Assembly (NCBI GenBank): GCA_049659625.1
Contig: JBASPX010000045.1
Span: forward strand, 96,317 to 160,316
Direction: 5' to 3'
Length of the DNA: 64,000 nt
Source: Candidatus Saccharicenans sp.
GTDB lineage: Bacteria > Acidobacteriota > Aminicenantia > Aminicenantales > Saccharicenantaceae
This document shows positions 18,758 to 28,482 of the stretch, one piece after another (position 1 is the first letter of the stretch; every line of letters begins with the position of its first letter). Below the pieces are notes generated by a model, which searched no databases, had not been told where the DNA came from, and was given only the letters and a program-made list of their open reading frames with translations. The translations under genes and the position numbers were made by a program.

Positions 18758-21700
18758 TTATTTATACAGCGGATCCGGACTCACCCTGACCGTCCGGCTC
18801 ATTACCTCTTTGCCGTCTACCATCAGGATGACTTTATACAGCCCGGGGTCGACCATTCTTGGCCCGAAACGGCCAGACCCGAACTGTCCGGCCGGTTGTT
18901 CTGCCCGACGGTTTAAACTCCAGAATACTCTCTGAACTCCAGCCGAGACCGGACCGTTAATTTCCTGAACGACAGCGCCGTCAAAATCCCTGACCACCAG
19001 AGATACTTTCGAAGCCTGGTTTTTCAAATAATAATAGATATTCACTCCGACCGGAGGATTCGGAGCGCTGGCAAATTCACCGTAAGACTGGCCTCGCCGG
19101 TCATTCATCTGCCAGAGAATTCCTTCCTGAATCTCAAACAGATGGGCATCCTTCTTCAGGTTCTCCTCGGTAAACTCTTTGAAAGGATAGATGTCTATGA
19201 TGTAGATGCCACGCCCGTAAGTGGCCACCACCAGGTCACGGTCTCTTTTCTGAATGGCCAGGTCGTGGATGACCACATCCGGAACCTGGGGACCGGTCAG
19301 TCGCATCCAGTTTTTGCCCTGATTGAAAGTCACATAGAGTCCATAATCCGTGGCTAAATACAGAATATTCGGATTGTGCGGGTCTTCTTCGATGTCATTG
19401 GCCGGGTTGTTCATCCCGCCGGAAATGTCTTCCCAGGTTTTGCCCAGGTCTCTGGTGACGTAAACATAAGTTTTATCTTCGTTGTGGGTGCGGTAGCCAG
19501 AATAAACCACATAACAGGTGTACGCATCATGCTGACTCGGCAGGACTCTGACCACCCAGCGATCATAAGGAATCAGGGCTCCCTTTATGCCCGGTTTTGG
19601 TTTTCCTTTAGAATCGTAGAAACTGGCAGTGATGTTCGTCCAGGTATTACCGAAATTCGTGCTCAGCTGCAGATTGCCGTCATCGGTTCCTGCCCAGTAA
19701 ATCCCGGGCTTTTTCGGGGACTCGGCAAAAGTATAGATGGTGGCATACTGAAGGTTGGTCTTTTTGGAAAGATTAATTCTTTCCTTATCCTGCTTGCTGA
19801 GGTCGGGCGAGATTATTTCCCAGGTACCGGGGTCGCCGTGGCTCAGCGAGCGGTGGACGAACTGTGAACAGACGAAAACAATTCCTGGATTGTGCGGCGA
19901 AAGATAAATGGGCGCATTCCACTGAAAACGCAAAGGCGGGGCTCCGGCGGCTTCTTCCTCCGGAGTGTATCTCGGAGCCAGAGAAATGCTTTCGCCCGTC
20001 TTGAAATTCATCCGCCGGGAGGCTCCGAACTGACTTTCCCAGTAAATGAATTCCGGGTTCCACCAGTCGCGCACCACATAAAAACCGTCTCCTGACGGCA
20101 GGTAGAGCCAGTCAGCCGGATAAACTCCGTTGGGATTCCGGGTACGGGACGGGCCGAACCAGCAGCCGTTATCCTGCGTTCCACCCATAACGTTGTACGG
20201 TAATTCGTTATCAACCCAGACGTCGTAGAACTGCTGGGCCGGGATCGTTTCCTTCTGCGACCAGTGCTGCCCTCCATCCCAGCTCTCGCTCAAACCGCCG
20301 TCGTTGGCGTTGAGGATGTGTCTGGAATTGAGCGGATCTATCCAGACCGCCCTGGAATCCACGTGACATTTTTTGTTTGCCTCCCAGCTGGCAAACTGGA
20401 ACGTCCGGCCGGCATCGCGCGAAATGACCGTCCTGGTCTCGGGAGCTATCAGCACCTTATCGTCATTCGGGTCCACGGCTAACCGGCCGTAGTATCCGGC
20501 TTCCACCTGGTTAACCACTTCACTTCCACCCATCATCCGGTACTCGGTCATCCTTTTCCAGGTCTCTCCCTGGTCTTCTGAACGATATATAACACCGGAC
20601 TTTTTCACCGGCTGCATCACCCGGAGGGCTTCGGCGTAAAGGATATCCAGCAGGCAGCGGTTCAGGGTCTGGTAGCGTCCTTTAATCTGATCATAATCCC
20701 GGGCCAGATTCTCTCCCTCCTTTAACAGATCCAGCACATCCTTTCTTTCTTTATAAACATTCTTCGCCTTGCTGAAAACAGAGGCCGGATTAATTTTTAA
20801 CTTGACCAGCAAATTCACATCAGCCACCACGTTCTGAAGGTTATCGATAAGAAAGGCTTCGTTCTTGATGTACTTTTCGTCAAAAGTCAGGCTACCGATG
20901 AAATTCTTGCTGACCGAAACCTGAGCCCGGTCCCTGATGGTGAAGTTAACAGGGTCAAACCCTGAGGATTCAGCCAGCAGCGCTGTCAGCACCAGCCGGT
21001 TCAGTTTCAGCAGATCCTTCTCCCCTTCCTCAGCTCTTTTCAGAATTTTTTCGGTTTCTTCTACCGCAGAAAGTCCATTCTCATCCCCGGAATAAATCTT
21101 TCTGGCAGCAGCCAGCAAAGGTTTCCAGTTGACGGCTGACTTTTTTAGCAGGTCAGGGTCGCGCACCAGGTCGTTCAGTTTGTTCACCAGGTCCTCGACT
21201 TTATCCGCTCTGATATGTTCGAACCTGACGTGTTTGAGTAATTCAGGTTTTATCCTGTATTCCTTAAATCTGTTGAGATAAAAGCCGTCACGAAAGAGAG
21301 CTCTCTGGTTGTAAAGCGCTGCCCCTTCTCTTTCGCTCAACCCCAGGTTAACTTCTTCGTCCAGGCGCAGATAGACAATTCTGGGATTCTTCGGGAAAAT
21401 AGCCAGACCGTTTCTGCCGGTTTTAAGACGGTCAAGGTCAGGAAGACCGTTTGTTAATTTTTTCCAGGTCCTGCCTCCATCGGTTGTCTTCCAGAGATGA
21501 TTTCCCGGTTGCCGGTCGAGAAAGGTCCAGGTTCTTCTGTAAATCTTGTAAGCGGCGGCAATCACCACGTCCGAATTCGTCGGGTCCATGACAAAATCGC
21601 CCACCACCCTGTCCTTGAGGTCGAGAACCCTGGTCCAGGTCTTGCCCCCGTCAGTCGATTTGTAAAGGCCGCGCTCGCAGTCCTGGTCGGTATCGTCATA

Positions 21701-22267
21701 CAATTTTCCTTCAGCCGCCACGTAAACTATGTCCGGGTTTTTTGAATCCACTTCAATTTTGTTTATGAAGTAACTTTTTTCGAGACCGAGATGAGACCAG
21801 GTTTTACCGCCGTCAGTGGATTTCCACACGCCGTTACCACGAAAAGCCATCCGGCTGTGTATCGGCTCTCCTGTTCCCAGGTACAGTATATCAGGGTTCG
21901 AAGGCGCGATGGCCAGGTAACCCATGCTCTGATTGCCGTATTTTTCAAATATGGGTTCAAAATGAGTTCCGCCATCGACTGTTTTCCAGACACCACCAGA
22001 AGCAGTAAGAACATAATAAGTCTGGCTCTGTCCGGGAGGAACAGCGATGTTGGTGATCCGTCCGGAGAAAGACCAGGGGCCGATATGGCGCCAGGTAAAA
22101 AGTTCCAGGTCTTTCGCCGTCAGCGGGATTTTATCCGAAAAAACAGCTTTACCGGCGCTTTCCTTATCCTGCTGAAGACCGAGGCTTAGACCTGAGAGCA
22201 GGAGAATCAGCAGAACAACAATTCCAGGAAAACGCCAGTGTCTTTGAGCCTTAATCCTTTTCTCCAT
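18758..22267 (-). CDS. Giant secreted BNR/Asp-box repeat protein of 1169 aa (Sortilin/VPS10- or GH74-like beta-propellers) with a central alpha-helical insertion.
   Basis: At least 6 S/T-x-D-G-G-x-T-W boxes (TDGGKTW, TDGGRTW, WDGGQHW and others). There is a signal peptide, and a roughly 260-aa repeat-free Lys/Glu/Leu-rich segment in the middle. Confidence 0.7.
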   Translation of the reverse strand: MEKRIKAQRHWRFPGIVVLLILLLSGLSLGLQQDKESAGKAVFSDKIPLTAKDLELFTWRHIGPWSFSGRITNIAVPPGQSQTYYVLTASGGVWKTVDGGTHFEPIFEKYGNQSMGYLAIAPSNPDILYLGTGEPIHSRMAFRGNGVWKSTDGGKTWSHLGLEKSYFINKIEVDSKNPDIVYVAAEGKLYDDTDQDCERGLYKSTDGGKTWTRVLDLKDRVVGDFVMDPTNSDVVIAAAYKIYRRTWTFLDRQPGNHLWKTTDGGRTWKKLTNGLPDLDRLKTGRNGLAIFPKNPRIVYLRLDEEVNLGLSEREGAALYNQRALFRDGFYLNRFKEYRIKPELLKHVRFEHIRADKVEDLVNKLNDLVRDPDLLKKSAVNWKPLLAAARKIYSGDENGLSAVEETEKILKRAEEGEKDLLKLNRLVLTALLAESSGFDPVNFTIRDRAQVSVSKNFIGSLTFDEKYIKNEAFLIDNLQNVVADVNLLVKLKINPASVFSKAKNVYKERKDVLDLLKEGENLARDYDQIKGRYQTLNRCLLDILYAEALRVMQPVKKSGVIYRSEDQGETWKRMTEYRMMGGSEVVNQVEAGYYGRLAVDPNDDKVLIAPETRTVISRDAGRTFQFASWEANKKCHVDSRAVWIDPLNSRHILNANDGGLSESWDGGQHWSQKETIPAQQFYDVWVDNELPYNVMGGTQDNGCWFGPSRTRNPNGVYPADWLYLPSGDGFYVVRDWWNPEFIYWESQFGASRRMNFKTGESISLAPRYTPEEEAAGAPPLRFQWNAPIYLSPHNPGIVFVCSQFVHRSLSHGDPGTWEIISPDLSKQDKERINLSKKTNLQYATIYTFAESPKKPGIYWAGTDDGNLQLSTNFGNTWTNITASFYDSKGKPKPGIKGALIPYDRWVVRVLPSQHDAYTCYVVYSGYRTHNEDKTYVYVTRDLGKTWEDISGGMNNPANDIEEDPHNPNILYLATDYGLYVTFNQGKNWMRLTGPQVPDVVIHDLAIQKRDRDLVVATYGRGIYIIDIYPFKEFTEENLKKDAHLFEIQEGILWQMNDRRGQSYGEFASAPNPPVGVNIYYYLKNQASKVSLVVRDFDGAVVQEINGPVSAGVQRVFWSLNRRAEQPAGQFGSGRFGPRMVDPGLYKVILMVDGKEVMSRTVRVSPDPLYK

Positions 22268-23033
22268 GATGCCTCCTTAAATTTTTGGTTATTTCCAGGA
22301 AATATTTTTTTCTATCTCCGGGAAATTTTTCCAGCGCATAGCGGACAGTCACGCCAGGCAGACGCCAGCCGTTTTCAGACAGGAATTTTTCCAGTCGGGT
22401 GCTATCAGTTTTTCCGGCTTCCCGCAGCAACCAGCCGGCAGCTTTCGCCACCAGGTTATCTGCAGGAGACTGAGAGAGAGCTTTTTTTACCATGCTGAAA
22501 ATCCGGGCTGTTGATTTTTTTGTTCTTGCGGTTTTAACAACCGAGACGAGGGCCCCTCTCCTCAGGAAGACGTTCGACTCACAGCACCAGAGTTCGAGTT
22601 CTTTCATGGCTCCGGGGTTTCTTTCAACCAGCGGATATATCACCTCAAGCGAAAAGGTGTCGATGAGCGCCCAATTGTCGAGATAACCGCTTCTCAGCCA
22701 TCTTCTAAAAATCTTCAGATGGCTTTTTCCAAGCTGGGAGCTGAACTGGGCGAGCAGGAGAAGCCCGCACATCCGGCTTTCCAGTCCGCTCGACTTCAGC
22801 AGGGCTTCGGTCAATTCAAGTACCTGGCCAAGACTCCAGGATTTCAACTGATTACGGTAAATTTCTTTCGCCAGCTGTCTCAAAACCGGAGTTCTTACTC
22901 CATAGCAGCAAATTTTATCCGGAAATAACCTCTGTATGGATTCTGCCACCTCAGGGCTGGACAGGTGAAGGAGACGGTCGACGATATCTTTTTTTACGAA
23001 CTCTATATTTTTTATTTTTTCAACTTCAAGCAT
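22251..23033 (-). CDS. DNA alkylation repair protein (AlkC/AlkD HEAT-like repeat family).
   Basis: HEAT-like repeats and a length and pattern typical of the DNA_alkylation family. It overlaps the downstream BNR gene by 17 nt. Confidence 0.65.
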   Translation of the reverse strand: MLEVEKIKNIEFVKKDIVDRLLHLSSPEVAESIQRLFPDKICCYGVRTPVLRQLAKEIYRNQLKSWSLGQVLELTEALLKSSGLESRMCGLLLLAQFSSQLGKSHLKIFRRWLRSGYLDNWALIDTFSLEVIYPLVERNPGAMKELELWCCESNVFLRRGALVSVVKTARTKKSTARIFSMVKKALSQSPADNLVAKAAGWLLREAGKTDSTRLEKFLSENGWRLPGVTVRYALEKFPGDRKKYFLEITKNLRRHHGEKD

Positions 23034-23161
23034 GAACGCGACTTTTACATTTTATACATTTACGATTATTCAGACAACAAAAAAACATACTTTCACTGCT
23101 ATTTTAATCTCGAATTAAGATAGATATTTTCTGGCTGAATCTTTGCTTTCTGAAAGATTTT

Positions 23162-23383
23162 TTACTTCTGGCTTTCGGTTTCCTTCCGGCCTATGGTGGA
23201 AATGCCCAGCGGAACGTACAGAGGACAGAAGCCGAACAGGCTGGTGGCTATGAAAACCACTGCCAGAATCGCCAGGATGTAAGCTAACGTCCCCTTAACC
23301 AGGCCAGCAAAAACCAGCACGGCCATGACGATGGCCAGAATAGTTCTTATCGTCCGGTCAGCCGCACCCATATTCTTTTTCAT
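23162..23383 (-). CDS. DUF2892/YgaP-like small membrane protein.
   Basis: A 73-aa protein with two transmembrane helices and the CPLY motif typical of DUF2892. Confidence 0.55.
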   Translation of the reverse strand: MKKNMGAADRTIRTILAIVMAVLVFAGLVKGTLAYILAILAVVFIATSLFGFCPLYVPLGISTIGRKETESQK

Positions 23384-23501
23384 CCTGCCCTCCTTTCATC
23401 AAACTTTTTTCTGGATTTTAATTTTATGATAACAGAAAATTAACCTGCCTGAAATAAATTTTTTTAGATAAAAAAACAGGATTCTATAAGGAAGGAAGAA
23501 G

Positions 23502-23936
23502 ATGGATAAAATCAAAGTTCTCTTCATATGTGACGACAACAGCCTGAGGAGCCCTATGGCCGAAGCCTGGTTGAACCATCTGGGTGCAGGAAAATTCCTG
23601 GCCCGAAGTGCAGGCTTTGAAGCCGCACCCCTCAATCCTCTGGCCGTAAAGGCCATGGCGGAAGTCGGCCTGGATATTTCCGGCCATCAACCGACAAAGG
23701 TTTTCGACCTTTACCTTTCAGGCGAACTATTTGCCTTTGTCATCACCCTTTGCCACCCGGCCAGTGCCGAACGCTGCCCGATTTTTCCAGGAGTGACCAG
23801 AATGACCAGCTGGCCGATGTCCGATCCCACCCGGGATGACCTTCCGGAATCCGAAAAAATGGACCGGGTGAGAGAGATAAGAGATCAAATCAGGGAAAGA
23901 ATTGAAACTTTTATAAAAAACGTGCGGCTGGAATAA
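23502..23936 (+). CDS. LMW protein-tyrosine-phosphatase / thioredoxin-coupled arsenate reductase (ArsC) family.
   Basis: CX5R P-loop: VLFICDDNSLRSPMAEAW. Preceded by an AGGAAGGAAG RBS. Confidence 0.7.
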   Translation: MDKIKVLFICDDNSLRSPMAEAWLNHLGAGKFLARSAGFEAAPLNPLAVKAMAEVGLDISGHQPTKVFDLYLSGELFAFVITLCHPASAERCPIFPGVTRMTSWPMSDPTRDDLPESEKMDRVREIRDQIRERIETFIKNVRLE

Positions 23937-23941
23937 AACGA

Positions 23942-25017
23942 TTAGCCGGAGTGTTTACTTAGAAGATCCCTTCTTGCCGCCTCCATCAGCAGGAAGAAAG
24001 CCTGACCTTCTGTGGCCACCCCGGGCGATTGAAACAGCGGTGAACCGCAGACATCGTTAACATAGCCGTAAGAATCAACTTTTTTATGCACCGCCTCCCT
24101 CATCATCTCGGCCTTACTCAGATACTTCCGGTCCAGCCATCCAAGCTGTACATTGCGGTATATGGTGTAGGCCAGCATCTGGGCAAGATTTGTTTCCACA
24201 AAGCTCCGGGGATTGTCGAGAACGTCATGGAACAAACCGTCCTTGCGTTGATAACGGAGACAGCCGTCGAGGAGATTCTTTATGTATTTCCTCAGTTTTG
24301 CTTTTTCTTCTTTCATCTCTTCCGGCAGAGCCCGCAGGACTCTGGTCATCCCGGCCGCCGCCCAGCCGTTGCCGACGCCCCAGAAATCCTGTCTTTCAAA
24401 TTTCTTTTCCTGGTAGTCATAGATGTGAGAAAAGAGTTTTTTCTTTTCATCCCAGAGATATTTTCTTAACCCTTCAACCTGAAAAATGGCTTCACGGTAG
24501 TGGCCCATGACGGCCAGAAACGGGGGCACATATACATAGAATCAATCCAGAGTTGCTGTTTATTATCCAGATGAAAGATTACTCCATCATGGGTTCTGGG
24601 AGCTGTTTTTAAGAAATATTCCGCCTGTTTTCTGGCCGCTTCCAGCAGCCGTCCGTCTGAAAGCACCCGGCCGGCGTAAAGAACGGCTTCGCCGTTCGCT
24701 CCCGGGTCGGTCACCCCGTGGTTGTCGCAGACCTGCCCGAGCCTTCCGTCGTCCCACTGTCTGAGAACAGCTTCCCTGGCCATCATGATTACCAGATTTT
24801 CCTCACCGAGTTCCAGAAGGGCCTGAGCCGCAACACCCTGCTCCCAGGCATGGCGCTGCATGGTCAGCATCGCCATCTTAACCCGGTTGATGACTTCTCC
24901 AAGTCCCGTACCGCTGGAGCTCGCGCTTTTTACATCTCTTCCGGGAAGGCCGGAAGAATACTTCACCGGAAGAAGACCACCGGCCAGCATGGTCAGAAAA
25001 AAATTTCTCCTTTTCAT
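23942..25017 (-). pseudogene. GH105-family unsaturated rhamnogalacturonyl/glucuronyl hydrolase with a Tat signal, interrupted by a 1-nt frameshift in a G5/C5 run near 24522-24526.
   Basis: The upstream ORF ends ..QLWIDSMYMCPRFWPS and the downstream ORF starts (V)PPFLAVMGHY. One extra C would give WIDSMYMCPPFLA, which fits the GH105/GH88 WxDxxYM..PF region. The N-terminus has a Tat motif (MKRRNFFLTMLAGG). Confidence 0.55.
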
Positions 25018-25087
25018 TTTTTATCCTCATTCAGATGACTGCAGGCACAATTCTGTACTTTTCAATATTTTCTACCAATCGGAAACC

Positions 25088-25357
25088 TTATTTTTCCCCG
25101 GTTTCCTTTTCCACCACGATGGTCAGGTTTGAAGCCAGCGCCGCCACCGCTCCGATGGCTGCCCAGACCGGGGCAATCAGCGTGCCCACTATGCCCACGG
25201 TCAGGGGAATTTCCATAAAAGTCTTTCCGTCTTCTGTCTTGAAGATGATTCTACGGGCATTGCCTTCCCTTATGATTTCCTTAATTTTTTCCAGTATTTC
25301 TGACCCGGTTACTCTGAATTCTTCGAATCTGGTTTTTTCTGTCATTTTATACTCCAT
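25088..25357 (-). CDS. DUF4342-like small protein.
   Basis: An 89-aa protein with an EGNARRIIFKTEDGKTFMEIPLTVG core and a C-terminal hydrophobic helix. Confidence 0.45.
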   Translation of the reverse strand: MEYKMTEKTRFEEFRVTGSEILEKIKEIIREGNARRIIFKTEDGKTFMEIPLTVGIVGTLIAPVWAAIGAVAALASNLTIVVEKETGEK

Positions 25358-25372
25358 GAATAAAATTATTTC

Positions 25373-25909
25373 TTAATATTTTTCAGGAAACAGCTTTCTC
25401 AAAATTACCATCGACCCGGGTAACAGCTGACTGGAATCTATCTCCCTCCAGGCGGCGCTCTTAATCAACCAGCGTCCGTCAGATTTTTCCAGCTGGAAAT
25501 CAAAACGGTAATAGCTTCCGACAATTCCGACCAGCCGCCTCAGGCTTTCCGGCGGTCCGGAAGAAAGAAGGACGTCTGCTTCCGCTTCCGCCCTTTGACC
25601 ATCTATGTCTACATAAACATCGAGAAGATGAATGGCAATCCCGTGATAATTCTTGAAATAATAATCGAGCAATGCGGCCGTTTGCTCGAGGTCGCGCCCC
25701 TGAAAATCACGATAGTCAGGAGTCATAAAACTGAGAATTTTTCCTGATTCTTTTTTCTCCGCCTGACTGGCTATCGTCCTTAACCTTTCCTTTATCTCTT
25801 CTTTCTCATCAACTTTACCGCAGTCTGCCCAGATTAAAACTCCGGCCAGCACGAAAGCCATCAGGCATTTCAGGAACCTGCCGTCATCTCTCAAAAGCGA
25901 ATCATACAT
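25373..25909 (-). CDS. Hypothetical lipoprotein or secreted protein.
   Basis: N-terminal hydrophobic segment ending in Cys (LIWADCGK). No recognisable domain. Confidence 0.45.
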   Translation of the reverse strand: MYDSLLRDDGRFLKCLMAFVLAGVLIWADCGKVDEKEEIKERLRTIASQAEKKESGKILSFMTPDYRDFQGRDLEQTAALLDYYFKNYHGIAIHLLDVYVDIDGQRAEAEADVLLSSGPPESLRRLVGIVGSYYRFDFQLEKSDGRWLIKSAAWREIDSSQLLPGSMVILRKLFPEKY

Positions 25910-26035
25910 CTTCAGTGTCTCACTTATTTTCTTCCGGGCAAATCGGAAAAACCGACCCCTTCAAAAAAACATAGGAAATCTTAAATTATATCTTAAAATC
26001 ATTCTAAAATTATAATCATTATAAAAGACAACGTC

Positions 26036-27883
26036 TCAACCGGCAGAAACGCCTCCGCCACCACCGCCTCCTCCCCCTCCCCCGCTGAAGCCTCCTCCCC
26101 CACCCGAGGAATAGGCAGCAGCCCTCGCGCTGGCCTGGTTAAGAGCTGAAGCAGCTCTCTCAATCGAAGAGATGGCTGCGGAAATAGAATCGACCTGACG
26201 TCCGGCAACCGCCGCTCCCTGAATTCCCGCAACCCAGACCGCCGGCGCAGCCTGATCACTCTTGAGGACCCCGGGCAGCATCCGGATGAGTTTTTTTGCC
26301 TTTCCGAAAAGGATGGCAAAAACCAGATACTTCTCCCAGAGCCTGTATGCTTCAGGGGGAATTTCAGAAAACTCTGAAAAATCATCTAAAAATCTTTCCA
26401 GCGCCTTCCATAGCTCGTTTTCTCTTGCCCAGTCCTTATGCCGTCTCTTGAGCTTTGGACAGAGTACAAGGCTCATGACAAAAAGCACCGGTGACAGAGT
26501 GAGGACAGCCACGACCAGACTTACCGCCAGAAAAATGCGGCTCAGCCGCCAGCTGCGCGGTTCGACAAACCCGAGTTTTTTCCCTTCCTTAAACACCTCT
26601 TCCTGCCATTTACGGAACCAGCTCTGGTATTCCGCCGGATGCTTTTTTATATAATCCACCAGGTTATCCAGAGTTATCCGCTGTACCGAGCTCACTTCAC
26701 AGCCGGCCCGGGCAAAAAGGTAATCGAGCGTCTGTTTTTCCCAATCTCTGAGCGACGGATCAGTTTTATAATCTTTCTTAAGCTGAAAAACCGTCTGTTT
26801 TTTTGCTTTCGTTCCCGAGAGCGTCTTTTTTTCTATCTGCTCTTCTCCTATCGCCAGGTAGCCTCTGGTGGCCAGGTCAAAAATGGTGGCGGTAAAGGCG
26901 ACCGGCAGCGGCTTTTCTCCCTCTCTCATCAGCACCTGGACCAGAGCCGGCGGCAGCGCCGAAGGCATCTCCCGGAAATATTCCGGAATGTCGTCAAAGC
27001 GGTAATCCCGTCCGTACCTTTTCCAGAGATGAAAATAAACCAGAAGCCAGAGAAGCGGCCCGATAATCTGCCATCCAGTCCAGAGCAGCCCGACCTTTTT
27101 CAAGACCTCTGCCTGACGGGCTTCTCTCTCCTGAGCCTGCCTCACCCTCCGGATGGTTTCTTCCACGAAAGCGGCTTCCTCTTCTTTTATTTTCTCCAGC
27201 GTATAGCCTGAAGCCGGAACTCCCTGCACCATCCCGGCCGGCCAGACCACCCTTATTTCCAGAAACTGTCTGGCTGGAATATTGCTGGCTTCAAACCTCA
27301 CTGTCTTTAAGTCAACAATTTCCGCCCTTCCGGAAAGCGGTCCATGTCCGTAAACCAGAAGATCTTCTTTCCGGCTCACCGGTCCAGGCAGATGGACGAA
27401 AATCTCAGCCCTGGCTGTCGGCCGGTCCACCTCGCTTCCTATAACCTGCCAGTAGAGCTCGCTTATTTCCGGGTAATTTATTATCCCGTTCCTCACACGG
27501 TAAGTTATCCTGAATGTCCTTCGCTCGTTTCTGGCTGAAAATCGCCATCTTGCCCTGAACCTGCCGTCTTCTACCGTCGATTCCACCGGAAGGTCCCGCC
27601 CGTTTTCGTCCCTGACACGAAAATCCTCAATGCTGACCTGAAGGTCTAAATTCTTCCTGGCTCTCAACGGAATCCAGAGAGAAGCCCAGGAAAACTGTCC
27701 GCGGAACTCAAAGGTCAGGTATTCATCCACCTCAAAAGAACCGTCGCCGCAGATATGAATATCAGCTTTAAGTTCAGGGAAATAATAATTTTTGCTTTCA
27801 GCCGCCAGAAAAGATACTCCCGCTGCCACCAGCAGGAAGAATACCAGCCAGAAACGCCAGCTGATAGAGATTCTCTTTTTCAT
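26036..27883 (-). CDS. DUF2207 family membrane protein.
   Basis: Signal plus an extracytoplasmic N-domain, a transmembrane segment, a cytoplasmic region, a second transmembrane segment, and a C-terminal poly-Gly tail (SSGGGGGFSGGGGGGGGGGGVSAG) typical of DUF2207. Confidence 0.7.
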   Translation of the reverse strand: MKKRISISWRFWLVFFLLVAAGVSFLAAESKNYYFPELKADIHICGDGSFEVDEYLTFEFRGQFSWASLWIPLRARKNLDLQVSIEDFRVRDENGRDLPVESTVEDGRFRARWRFSARNERRTFRITYRVRNGIINYPEISELYWQVIGSEVDRPTARAEIFVHLPGPVSRKEDLLVYGHGPLSGRAEIVDLKTVRFEASNIPARQFLEIRVVWPAGMVQGVPASGYTLEKIKEEEAAFVEETIRRVRQAQEREARQAEVLKKVGLLWTGWQIIGPLLWLLVYFHLWKRYGRDYRFDDIPEYFREMPSALPPALVQVLMREGEKPLPVAFTATIFDLATRGYLAIGEEQIEKKTLSGTKAKKQTVFQLKKDYKTDPSLRDWEKQTLDYLFARAGCEVSSVQRITLDNLVDYIKKHPAEYQSWFRKWQEEVFKEGKKLGFVEPRSWRLSRIFLAVSLVVAVLTLSPVLFVMSLVLCPKLKRRHKDWARENELWKALERFLDDFSEFSEIPPEAYRLWEKYLVFAILFGKAKKLIRMLPGVLKSDQAAPAVWVAGIQGAAVAGRQVDSISAAISSIERAASALNQASARAAAYSSGGGGGFSGGGGGGGGGGGVSAG

Positions 27884-27968
27884 TTTTTCTCACTCATACT
27901 GTGCGCTTAAACCCGGAAATCATAAAAGAAGTTTACAGTCTTTCAGTCATACGTGTTTTTTTCAGGGA

Positions 27969-28319
27969 TCAGCGAGAGAGAACTTTCCGGTAAACATGTT
28001 CGAGCAGATGGACACGACTCTGCGGGTCGAGCTCAATAAATTCCAGACCCATCTCAAACACTTCCTCATCAAAAAGACTTTTCACCCAGCGAACTTCGGC
28101 TATTCCGGTGATCAATTTTTTCGATTCGCTCAGAGCGATTTCCAGTCTGACCCTGGTTTTTACCGGAAGCGGCTGATCGGTCATGATTCTTAAACCGCCG
28201 ACCGAAATATCCCGGGAAAACGAATAAAAAGATTCTTCCTGGGGCTGGCCGCTCTCTCCCAGAACGTAAAGAACCACCTTGTTTTCCTCATCAAGCCTTT
28301 TTTCCCTTCTTTTTTCCAT
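27969..28319 (-). CDS. PilZ-domain c-di-GMP binding protein, about 116 aa.
   Basis: RxxxR (EKRREKR) and D-x-S-x-GG (DISVGGLRI) c-di-GMP binding motifs. The start is taken at the internal MEKRREKR; the longer ORF extension is low-complexity. Confidence 0.7.
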   Translation of the reverse strand: MEKRREKRLDEENKVVLYVLGESGQPQEESFYSFSRDISVGGLRIMTDQPLPVKTRVRLEIALSESKKLITGIAEVRWVKSLFDEEVFEMGLEFIELDPQSRVHLLEHVYRKVLSR

Positions 28320-28416
28320 GGTGCTGGAAATGAGAGACCTCCTTTGCCTTTTTTTCTTTTCTATCACAGCGAACAGAAAATAGCAATAAAATTTTTTCTG
28401 CCAGCTGAAGCAAAAG

Positions 28417-28443
28417 TTGACAAAAAAAGGTGAAAAAAATAAT
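28417..28443 (+). promoter_or_regulatory. Putative sigma70 promoter: TTGACA, 15 bp spacer, AATAAT.
   Basis: A -35 at 28417-28422 and a -10 at 28438-28443, about 40 nt upstream of ATG 28483, which has an AAGGAG RBS. Confidence 0.35.
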
Positions 28444-28482
28444 CTGCTTAATAAGAAAAATTTAAAGGAAAGGAGCGTGCGG

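Noticed and set aside
23034-23161. AT-rich stem AATCTTT..AAAGATT followed by T6, considered as a terminator.
   Set aside because: The T-run is on the plus strand while both flanking genes are on the minus strand, and the stem is weak.
25999-26385. 128-aa ORF overlapping the DUF2207 3' end.
   Set aside because: Alternate-frame read-through of the Gly-codon microsatellite.
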